Origin: Methanosarcinales archaeon
Lineage (GTDB): Archaea > Halobacteriota > Syntropharchaeia > Alkanophagales > Methanospirareceae
Direction of reading: 5' to 3'
Length of the DNA: 40,755 bases
Assembly (NCBI GenBank): GCA_025464275.1
Contig: JAODGR010000043.1
Coordinates: forward strand, 1-40,755
Shown: positions 15,712 to 23,682 of the stretch, one piece after another
Position numbering within the stretch: the stretch's first letter is position 1
Layout: every line of letters starts with the position of its first letter
The notes under the pieces: model-generated
Told to the model about the DNA's origin: nothing
Database searches by the model: none
The model's input: only the letters and a program-made list of their open reading frames with translations
Made by a program: the position numbers and the translations under genes

Positions 15712-16164
15712 TTAACCACTCATTATCCGTTCAAGGGCGACTTTTACCACCCTGGACATCGTGCTGGATTTCTCCTCCAGTATCCGCTTTCGGTCCTCAT
15801 TCAACCTCTCATCCGCCACATCGCTCTTTAATATCTCCGCTTCATCTACCCCCCTGTTCCTTATCTCCACTTCTCGCCTCTCATTTATGTGCAGCCTTAT
15901 CAGAACTCGATTCAATAACCCCTCCACCACCTCTCGCACCTTCATCTCTACCAGCATACCGGTATTCTCACGGACATCATCCCTCGCCACGGGCGATTTG
16001 ATGAGCTCCGTAGCAGTGACGGGTGATACAAAGATACCGGTGTCCACTTCCTCCACTCGCAGTTTCGGGTTCTCATTCTCCTCCTCCAGTATGCCATTCA
16101 TCACCTCTTTCAGGATATCATCCAGTCCACTTCCCGAAATGACACCTTTCTCTTCCATTTCCAT
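15712..16164 (-). CDS. Acidic hypothetical protein (150 aa)
   Basis: The ORF has typical codon usage and its own A/T-rich upstream tract (minus-strand TTTTTTATATCAT). No motif recognised. Confidence 0.45.
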   Translation of the reverse strand: MEMEEKGVISGSGLDDILKEVMNGILEEENENPKLRVEEVDTGIFVSPVTATELIKSPVARDDVRENTGMLVEMKVREVVEGLLNRVLIRLHINERREVEIRNRGVDEAEILKSDVADERLNEDRKRILEEKSSTMSRVVKVALERIMSG

Positions 16165-16238
16165 CTTATCCTGATAAGATAGGGATGATTATGATATAAA
16201 AAACTTTTGTACCCTCGCCCTGCCCCTGCCCTTACCCT

Positions 16239-17144
16239 CTACACACGGTCATGATAGAGGAGCCTGGCACCGGAATCTGCGATTCGGCTCTCCTTCACCT
16301 CACCGAATTCATGTAATGCTTCACTATCTCCGAGTACGAAGACAGTATCACCAAGCATAGCAACGCTGGCGACTTTATCTTCCGCGGCAACTGCTTCTAT
16401 CGCATCCCTGCATCGCTCACTCATCAGCCCGCTCTGTAATGAGAACTCACGAGCTGCGTGCATGAAGGTATCCAGGTCGGGCTTCTTCAGTAGCTCCTTC
16501 AGCGCTGCCTTACCCGCTTCGTTTATTCGCCTCACGAGTGATGCTCCCGCATCCTGCAGGATATACCGGGTTGACTTACCGCCGAAAGAGACGTAACTCA
16601 CCTTCACCACCTCCGGGGGGAGTATGAAGTCCACCATCCCGATACCAGGAGGACCTGGCTTCTTCCTTATCACTGCACCTCTGCCATATGTCTCTGCAAT
16701 CACATCACCCAGCCCTGTACCGTTCTCCACCTCTGCGAGATGTGCTATCTGTGCAGCTTCATTCAATGTAAGCCCGATGGAGAGGAGTGCATTCAATGCA
16801 ATTGCGGTACTGAGCGCTCCGGCACCGCTCGCTCCAAATCCCGCCCCAATCGGGACTTCGAAGCTGGTTGATACTCGAACAGGATACTTATCAGCCAGGC
16901 GATGACAGACGTATGCGGTGGTACTTGCTTCTACTTCTACTCCGTTTATCTCTATCCCCGGGCTCGCGTCATCCACTGAGACTGAGACCTCGGTTACACA
17001 GCCCGCCTCCAGTACGATGCCACAACCGATAGAGCCTTTGTACAGCGGGTTCTGGGGCTGGGGCGTATTCCTCTCTTCACAGATGACAAAGAAGCCGGTG
17101 ATGTGTGAGGGTGAGTAAGCCCTCACGGCGGTTCTATCATCCAT
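16239..17144 (-). CDS. Pantoate kinase (archaeal CoA pathway, GHMP kinase superfamily)
   Basis: N-terminal AYSPSHITGFF, the GHMP phosphate-binding motif PIGAGFGASGAGALSTA, and a length of about 300 aa are as in the archaeal COG1829-type kinases. Confidence 0.65.
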   Translation of the reverse strand: MDDRTAVRAYSPSHITGFFVICEERNTPQPQNPLYKGSIGCGIVLEAGCVTEVSVSVDDASPGIEINGVEVEASTTAYVCHRLADKYPVRVSTSFEVPIGAGFGASGAGALSTAIALNALLSIGLTLNEAAQIAHLAEVENGTGLGDVIAETYGRGAVIRKKPGPPGIGMVDFILPPEVVKVSYVSFGGKSTRYILQDAGASLVRRINEAGKAALKELLKKPDLDTFMHAAREFSLQSGLMSERCRDAIEAVAAEDKVASVAMLGDTVFVLGDSEALHEFGEVKESRIADSGARLLYHDRV

Positions 17145-17223
17145 ATTCTATCCTCTCTCCGTTTCAGTCAGCTCCATTCCATTTATAAAGCTGAAGGGAT
17201 TAAAGAATAAATGGCGGATTAAG

Positions 17224-17817
17224 ATGGCTGGACGGATATGCAAAGCCAGGGGCAACTGCTCACCTGAGGTGCTGGAGACGGTGGTGGAGATAGCGGTCAG
17301 CATCTCGAGTTACAGTAGAGGAGACAGGAAGATGGGTGCTCTGTTTGTGGTCGGCGATGAGGATAGGGTAATGGAGAAGTCCACACCCCTCATCCTGGAC
17401 CCCCTGGCTGGTCATCCGAGAGAGGCGAAAGACATAAGGGATGCAAATGTACAGGGCACGATAAGGGAGCTTGCGAAGCTGGATGGCGCTTTTATCATCA
17501 GTGCCGATGGATATGTCCTCTCCGCAGCGAGGTACATAGAAGCGAGCTATCGGAATATTAACCTCCCCATGGGCTTCGGTAGCAGGCACATGGCAGCGGC
17601 ATCGATATCCAGGGAGACAAATGCCGTTGCCGTGGTTGTATCCGAGAGTGACGGTGTTGTTCGGATATTTGATGGTGGTGAGCTGGTGGCGGAGATACTC
17701 ACGGGGATATGGGAACTGGATAAGATAAAGCCCCGTATAAGTGGCAAATACGAGAAGATAATAGAGAGAGACCTGGGCTTGACATTGATAATGAAGAAGA
17801 ACGAAGAGCACAGCTAA
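17224..17817 (+). CDS. Diadenylate cyclase (DAC/DisA_N) domain protein, minimal architecture
   Basis: [21 protein letters not shown] (DGA motif), [13 protein letters not shown] (position of the RHR motif, here RHM), [16 protein letters not shown]. There is only a leader of about 35 aa and a tail of about 35 aa around the DAC domain. Confidence 0.7.
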   Translation: MAGRICKARGNCSPEVLETVVEIAVSISSYSRGDRKMGALFVVGDEDRVMEKSTPLILDPLAGHPREAKDIRDANVQGTIRELAKLDGAFIISADGYVLSAARYIEASYRNINLPMGFGSRHMAAASISRETNAVAVVVSESDGVVRIFDGGELVAEILTGIWELDKIKPRISGKYEKIIERDLGLTLIMKKNEEHS

Positions 17818-18611
17818 ACGCGGAAGAGGATACTGGAGAGCATGAATACCACAGCTGACAGGAGAACGATGGTCGCACCCGATGGGAGATTGAATGAATA
17901 GGCGAGTAATAGCCCGCCGATGGAGAGTGCTGAAGAGAGTGCAACAGAGGAGAGGAACATGCCACGCATTCGTGCGGTGAATCTCCTGCTGCTCGCCGCC
18001 GGGATGGTGAGCATGGCAATCACCAGTATGATGCCCACCACCCTTATCAATACCACCACGGTGAGTGCAATCAGGCATAGGAGGATGAGGTATAACCGCT
18101 CTGTGCGGAGTCCTATCGCAGTTGCATACTCCTCATCAAAGGAGATAGCCTCGAATTCATGTTGATACAGCGCCACCACGGCTATGATGACCACATCAAG
18201 TATCAGCATGAGGATTATGTCCGAGGTGGGTACCGTCAGGATATTACCAAATAGATACCCGATGAGGTCAGGTGCGTAACCGGGGGTTAACGCAACGAGG
18301 ATAATCCCCAGTGCCATTCCGGTAGCCCAGAGGATACCGATTGCGGTATCTTCCGGTATCCTTGTTCTCCGGCTCACAATCCCCATAGCCAGTGCGGAAG
18401 CGATACTGAAGGGTATAACGCCCAGAACAGGATTAAGAGACAGGAAATAGCCCAGCCCGATACCGCCAAATGCCGCATGTGCTATCCCTCCGCTTATGAA
18501 TACTATCCTCTTCACCACCACATACACACCCACAATCCCACATGCGACACTTGCCAATAATGCCGCTGCAATTGCATTTCGCATGAATGCGTAATGCAGA
18601 ATCTCCATCAT
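17814..18611 (-). CDS. ABC-3 family metal (Zn/Mn) ABC transporter permease
   Basis: 265 aa and highly hydrophobic. [48 protein letters not shown] is typical of ZnuB/MntB-type permeases. The 3' end overlaps the DAC gene by 4 nt (convergent). Confidence 0.75.
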   Translation of the reverse strand: MMEILHYAFMRNAIAAALLASVACGIVGVYVVVKRIVFISGGIAHAAFGGIGLGYFLSLNPVLGVIPFSIASALAMGIVSRRTRIPEDTAIGILWATGMALGIILVALTPGYAPDLIGYLFGNILTVPTSDIILMLILDVVIIAVVALYQHEFEAISFDEEYATAIGLRTERLYLILLCLIALTVVVLIRVVGIILVIAMLTIPAASSRRFTARMRGMFLSSVALSSALSIGGLLLAYSFNLPSGATIVLLSAVVFMLSSILFRV

Positions 18612-18693
18612 CTTTATTTTTCTCTTTGCTCTGCCTGCTCAGCTCGGTGCTAAAAGTTTTATTTTACTATACCCTACGTTAACCTTAACATAC

Positions 18694-18987
18694 TTGTATG
18701 AACAAGAAACAAGAGGGGTTAAAGAGATGGATGTAGTTGTATTTGATGGTGAAGGCATGGAGGATGAAGAGATAGAGGAGGAAGAGGTAACAGAAGAGGG
18801 GAGTGTGGGCGAAGCAGAGAGCGAGGAGAGCACAGCCAAGGATAAGGAGATGGCAGCCCTGATGGAGCGATTGAAGATGAGGGAGAAGAAGGAGAAGGCA
18901 GCGGACCTCGTGAGCAGGTTAAGAGGTAAGAAGAAGGTGAACAAGAAGATAATGCCCTATGAGATCTATGCTACATCGGGCGAATGA
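18694..18987 (+). CDS. Hypothetical bipartite protein (acidic N-half, Lys-rich C-half)
   Basis: 97-aa ORF; the start may be the internal MDVVVFDGEG. It is low-complexity with E-rich then K-rich halves. No motif recognised. Confidence 0.35.
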   Translation: MYEQETRGVKEMDVVVFDGEGMEDEEIEEEEVTEEGSVGEAESEESTAKDKEMAALMERLKMREKKEKAADLVSRLRGKKKVNKKIMPYEIYATSGE

Positions 18988-19106
18988 AGAGACTCAGGTA
19001 AGGTAGGTTGAGCGGATGAGAGGTGTCAGAGGTCAGGCAGACAGACAGTACCCATGCCCATGCCCAGCATCTACATCTATCATCTATCCACATATTTTTT
19101 TAGGAG

Positions 19107-20003
19107 ATGAAGATAATCCCGGGAACGGCGTCCCAGATACTGGGTGCGCGAATTGCTGCGGAACTGAACTGTGAACTGGTACTGTGTGAATATAGACGCT
19201 TTCCAGACGGTGAGCTATACACGCGGATAAGGGGCGATATAGAAGGGGAGCATGCAGTGATAGTGCAGAGCATAAGGAGCGATTCAGACCTGGTTGCTCT
19301 GCTACAGCTGATGGATGCTGCGGAGGATGCCTCTAAAATCACCGTTGTCATCCCTTATCTGGGCTATGCGAGGCAGGATAAGAGGTTCAAACCAGGTGAA
19401 GCGATCTCAATAAGGGCAATAGCGAGGAGCATAACCATAAACGGGACTATGGATACCCTCTACGTGGTGAATGTGCATGACCCTGCCGAGCTGCACTACT
19501 TCGAGGTGGACTGCCGCGAGCTGGATGCGGCGCCACTGCTCGGTGATTATATAAGGGGTATGGAGAAGCAGACAGCCCCGGTGGTGGTGATAGGACCGGA
19601 TGAGGGTGCATCGGACCTGGCGAGAGCAGTTGCAGCTCCTCACGGACTCGATTTTGATGTGCTGCATAAGAGGAGGCTGAGTGGTGAGGAGGTGGAGATA
19701 GAGCCAGAGGAGCTGAGTATCACCATCGAGGGGAAAAATATCGTCATCGTTGATGATATCATATCCACAGGTGGTACCATTGCAGAAGCGAGCAGGATAT
19801 TGAAGGAGCAGAACGCGGGTGACATCTATGTCGCGTGTGTGCACGGGCTATTCGTGCAGAACGCCATTCTGCGAATGCTCCATGCAGGTGTCAGGGAGAT
19901 AATCAGTACAGACACGGTGGAGTCGCTATTCAGTCGTGTGAGCATATCGAAGCTGGTAGCGAATGCGCTTCTCTCACCTTCTTCGGCTACCGCGTTTAAA
20001 TAG
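19107..20003 (+). CDS. prs: Ribose-phosphate pyrophosphokinase (PRPP synthetase)
   Basis: RRFPDGELY, VIPYLGYARQDKRF, and the PRPP-binding loop IVIVDDIISTGGTIAEA. Confidence 0.9.
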   Translation: MKIIPGTASQILGARIAAELNCELVLCEYRRFPDGELYTRIRGDIEGEHAVIVQSIRSDSDLVALLQLMDAAEDASKITVVIPYLGYARQDKRFKPGEAISIRAIARSITINGTMDTLYVVNVHDPAELHYFEVDCRELDAAPLLGDYIRGMEKQTAPVVVIGPDEGASDLARAVAAPHGLDFDVLHKRRLSGEEVEIEPEELSITIEGKNIVIVDDIISTGGTIAEASRILKEQNAGDIYVACVHGLFVQNAILRMLHAGVREIISTDTVESLFSRVSISKLVANALLSPSSATAFK

Positions 20004-20969
20004 TCGCCTTATATCGCTACCAACGGTCTCAATTGGATGTCTGCTTATCTCCTCCCTGCTCCTCTTGAGGAATGGAGTACCTTTACGGTATTCTTCCACC
20101 CACTCGGAAGCGAATTCACCACTCTCAATCCGCTTCAAAGCAGTCTTCATCCTCTCTTTCACCTCCGGTCCGATAATCCTGTGCCCCACGGACCACATCC
20201 CATACTCCGCGGTATTTGAGATCACCTCAGCCATGCGCTTTATCCCGCCCTCCCATATCAGGTCAACGATGAGCTTCATCTCGTGTACACACTCGAAATA
20301 AGCCATCTCAGGTGGATAGCCAGCTTCTACAAGCACTTCAAAACCGCTCTTCATCAGTTCCACCAGACCGCCACATAACACGCACTGCTCACCGAATAGG
20401 TCTTCGTAAGTCTCCTCTTCGAATGTACATTCCAGAATACCCGCTCGCGTCCATCGCATCGCCTTCGCCATTGCCAGTGCGACCTCACGCGCCCTGCCAG
20501 AGGGGTTCTGTCTCACTGCGACCAGCCCGGGCACTCCAAACCCCTCCAGATACGCCTTCCGCTCCTCCGTACCCGGTGCCTTTGGCGCCACCATGATCAC
20601 ATCCACATCCGGCGGTGGAACGATTCTATTGAAGCAGATGCTGAAGCCGTGAGAGAAGCTGAGAGTCTTACCCCTTTCCATCTGCGGCTTTATCTCTGAC
20701 TCGTACACCTCCGCCTGCACCTCGTCAGGAATCAGGATATGAACGATATCCCCCCTCCTTGCCGCTTCACCTACCGGTAGCACCTCAAACCCGTCCTCCT
20801 TCGCATGCTCCCAGGAGGTACCCGAGGGTCGGAGTCCAATCACCACACTGACATTGGAGTCCCGCAGACACTTCGCCTGCGCCTCACCCTGTGCCCCGTA
20901 ACCTATCACCGCTATCGTCTTATCTGATAAGATACTCTCATCCACATCCTCATCGTGTAATATCCTCAT
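19974..20969 (-). CDS. ilvC: Ketol-acid reductoisomerase (class I)
   Basis: IAVIGYGAQGEAQAKCLRDSNVSVVIGLR (Rossmann fold), SFSHGF, VIMVAPKAPG, EETYEDLFGEQCVLCGG, MAYFECVHEMKLIVDL. The 3' end overlaps prs by 30 nt (convergent). Confidence 0.9.
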   Translation of the reverse strand: MRILHDEDVDESILSDKTIAVIGYGAQGEAQAKCLRDSNVSVVIGLRPSGTSWEHAKEDGFEVLPVGEAARRGDIVHILIPDEVQAEVYESEIKPQMERGKTLSFSHGFSICFNRIVPPPDVDVIMVAPKAPGTEERKAYLEGFGVPGLVAVRQNPSGRAREVALAMAKAMRWTRAGILECTFEEETYEDLFGEQCVLCGGLVELMKSGFEVLVEAGYPPEMAYFECVHEMKLIVDLIWEGGIKRMAEVISNTAEYGMWSVGHRIIGPEVKERMKTALKRIESGEFASEWVEEYRKGTPFLKRSREEISRHPIETVGSDIRRLFKRGSRRR

Positions 20970-21022
20970 GCTTCAATTCAAGGCTCGCAGGTTATTTAAA
21001 GCTTGGCAGCTTAGCTCAGAGC

Positions 21023-22312
21023 TTAGCTATTCTGGTTCTGGAGTATCGCTCTCATCCGTGAGCTGATCTCCTCGCGACCGGTGAAGCGCATCAAATCCCG
21101 CCATCGCTTCTGCAGCTCGCACAGGCTCTGGAAGGGGTTGAACTTCGGTACTGCATCTGTTCTGGCAATTACAATATTCTTCAGTGCCTCTTCACTGCCT
21201 GCCCGGTCACCCCGTGCAAGGTACTCCTCGGATAGCAACCTGCATGCCTTCTCTATCTTATCCTCGAGGTCTCTCTTCAAGAAGCAACCAGGGTAGGGGT
21301 CGAAATCCTCTGGATATACCCTCGTCATCCCCTCTATCTCCTTCTCACTCTCACCCTGAGCCTGACCCTCTATCTTCGCACGTTCATAGATAAAGCGGTA
21401 GATGTCCATTCGGAGCTGCAGCCATGTGGGATGCGATTTCGGTGGTGGGAGGTGCTTGATGGATAGCTCTTTATCCAGGAAGAAACGGAAGCCGAACATT
21501 CGCGCATTTATCAGGAAGTCTATATCCTCTCCTCTCGTTATCCCGGGGTCAAAAGGAACAGTGGTGAAGAGATTCCGGTGGATGACCATATTCCCGCCGA
21601 ATACGAAAGGAGTCTCTTTCAGCCGCTGCCACGGCTCTGCACCGATGATAATATCAAATGCCTCGTTCATACGCTCATACTGGTCCCAGTATCTCATCCA
21701 CGGGCGGAGAGGTCTTTTAATGTGGTAGTCACCATCTGGCTGCAGATAATATCCTGCAACTGCATTGACCCTCATCCTCATGCCTCCACCGCCACCGCCG
21801 CCGATATCACGCCCGATGAATTCCTTAGCCTTGGCAATGAATTTCGGGTCTTCAAACACCTCGTCATCGTCTATAAGCACAGCTACATCGGAACCCAGGA
21901 TATGGGGGATGAAGAGGCATAGATTCCGGATATTGGAATAGCCGCGAAGCTGTAGGAGGTCATTATACTCACCCTTACCCTCTGCGGTCAGCAGTTCATG
22001 TATTTGCGCCAGATGTGAACGCCCGAAGAGGAATACCTCCACCCCAGCTCCTGGATTGGATGCCCTGATGATACTGGCAACCTTCCGCTCCACATCCATC
22101 TCGATCTCTTCCGCCGTGGCGGCAGCGATTATCACCAGTTGAAAATCCCTGTCCTCCTCATCCAGTATCTCTAAGCTCTGTATTGTCCTGAGTAAAGTAC
22201 CCTCCCTGTCCAGAGGAGTCGGGTGGTCATAGATGGCATCACCTTCCTTCCAGCCGGTTCCGCTTTCCCTCGCCCAGTAGGTGGGAATTACCATTGTGAG
22301 TTTGAGTTTCAT
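21023..22312 (-). CDS. GT-A fold glycosyltransferase (family 2-like), specificity unknown
   Basis: N-terminal TMVIPTYW, DxD-type VAVLIDDDEVFEDP, later GGNMVIHRNLF...GEDIDFLINARMFG. It contains a Gly7 insertion (GGGGGGG). GGAGG lies upstream. Confidence 0.6.
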   Translation of the reverse strand: MKLKLTMVIPTYWARESGTGWKEGDAIYDHPTPLDREGTLLRTIQSLEILDEEDRDFQLVIIAAATAEEIEMDVERKVASIIRASNPGAGVEVFLFGRSHLAQIHELLTAEGKGEYNDLLQLRGYSNIRNLCLFIPHILGSDVAVLIDDDEVFEDPKFIAKAKEFIGRDIGGGGGGGMRMRVNAVAGYYLQPDGDYHIKRPLRPWMRYWDQYERMNEAFDIIIGAEPWQRLKETPFVFGGNMVIHRNLFTTVPFDPGITRGEDIDFLINARMFGFRFFLDKELSIKHLPPPKSHPTWLQLRMDIYRFIYERAKIEGQAQGESEKEIEGMTRVYPEDFDPYPGCFLKRDLEDKIEKACRLLSEEYLARGDRAGSEEALKNIVIARTDAVPKFNPFQSLCELQKRWRDLMRFTGREEISSRMRAILQNQNS

Positions 22313-22364
22313 TTCATGATACCTCCCTTCCTCCTCCTCCCATCCCCATGCTTAGCTTCTTATC

Positions 22365-23600
22365 TTATCTCTTATCTCTGTATATCTCACGCTGTATGAT
22401 GTATCGCATTATCTCATTCGTGCCTGCGGGTATCATGGATAGGCGAGCCATTCTAAACGCCCATTCCACTGGATATTCCGATAACCCGCGCCCGCCGAGT
22501 ATCTGGAGTGTGTTATGCGCTACCTCAAAAAAAGCTTCAGATGCGAGGAGTTTTGACATCGCCGATTCCTTATCCACGTGATAACCGGCATCTATCAGTC
22601 TTGTGGTATGATAAACCATCAATCTCGCCGCCTCCAGCTTCGTCACCATATCCGCGAGCTTGAAGCTCACCGCCTCGAAGCGGCTTATTGACCTCCCAAA
22701 TTGCTCACGCTCCATAGAATACTCTGTTGCGAGTTCCACCACCGGTCTCGCCTCACCCACGAGCATCGCGGCGTACAGCACTCTCTCAATGGCGAGCTCG
22801 TCGAACATTATCTTCATACCTGCGTTCTCGCTGCCCAGGAGGTTCTCCGCGGGGACGCTCAAGCCATCGAAGCGGATATGTGAATTCACCGTGCCAGGGA
22901 ATCCACCCAGCAATTTATAATCCTCGATCACCGTAAAACCCGCTCTCATTACTCCCGCTCCTTCCCGTGGCTCCACTATAAATACGCTCATACCACGCGC
23001 CGGTTCTTGTTCCACCTGCTGCCCGGTGAGTGCCCACACCAGGAGCACATCCGCTTTACTCCCGTTTGTGATGTTCCTCTTCTCGCCTCTTATCACGTAC
23101 CCACCCCCTTTTATCACCGCTTCCGCACGTGTTCTGATGCGTGACACATCACTGCCTGCATCAGGCTCGGTTATCGCAATAGCACCGCTCATCGTACCCG
23201 AGCGCATGGCATTCAGGAATCGTTCCTTCTGCTCCTCTGTACCGAACCTCGAGATGGTCGCATATACATAGGAGGAGGTAGAATGTATCCATGCGAGGGG
23301 CACGCAGGCTGCACCAAGCTCCTCCGCCAGTATCGCTTCACAGGTCAGGCTCCCTCTTCCTCCATACTCCGCCGGTAATACCGGTGCCAGGAAACCAGCT
23401 TCACCCAGCCTCTTATACAGTGCCCTTGCTCTTGGATACAGGTCAGGGTCATCTGCATGCTCCTGCCCATGCTCGTATATCTCCCGTTCCAGTTCTTTTG
23501 CCTCTGACTGCAGCAGGAAATTGCGTAATTCAGCTCTAAATCTGTTCTCGTCTGCGGAGAAGAATATCTCATCGCCTTTCCTGTTCATGATGCTCCTCAT
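22365..23600 (-). CDS. Acyl-CoA dehydrogenase family flavoprotein
   Basis: LPAEYGGRG, GAIAITEPDAGSDV, GEKRNITNG, and a C-terminal helical domain with LQILGGRGLSEYPVEWAFRMARLSMIPAGTNEIMRYIIQREI (region of the catalytic Glu in IPAGTNE). Confidence 0.85.
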   Translation of the reverse strand: MRSIMNRKGDEIFFSADENRFRAELRNFLLQSEAKELEREIYEHGQEHADDPDLYPRARALYKRLGEAGFLAPVLPAEYGGRGSLTCEAILAEELGAACVPLAWIHSTSSYVYATISRFGTEEQKERFLNAMRSGTMSGAIAITEPDAGSDVSRIRTRAEAVIKGGGYVIRGEKRNITNGSKADVLLVWALTGQQVEQEPARGMSVFIVEPREGAGVMRAGFTVIEDYKLLGGFPGTVNSHIRFDGLSVPAENLLGSENAGMKIMFDELAIERVLYAAMLVGEARPVVELATEYSMEREQFGRSISRFEAVSFKLADMVTKLEAARLMVYHTTRLIDAGYHVDKESAMSKLLASEAFFEVAHNTLQILGGRGLSEYPVEWAFRMARLSMIPAGTNEIMRYIIQREIYRDKR

Positions 23601-23682
23601 TCCTCATATTTCTATCTCTATTCTATCTTATGCGTGATATATTTACATTTACAATCCGTAATCCACAATTTAAGTATGCAGC

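Noticed and set aside
17260-18078. 272-aa minus-strand ORF spanning the DAC gene and the ABC-3 permease 3' end
   Set aside because: It runs antisense through the DAC gene and out of frame through the permease gene. The translation is His/Cys/Pro/Leu-rich with no domain pattern. It is a shadow ORF caused by strand-biased codon usage.
19974-20003. 30-nt convergent overlap of prs and ilvC (and the 29-nt overlap at 24347-24375) considered as an annotation error or antisense regulation
   Set aside because: Both genes have complete family-typical ends apart from short tails. Small convergent overlaps fit the very high coding density of this window, and no independent signal of regulation is visible.
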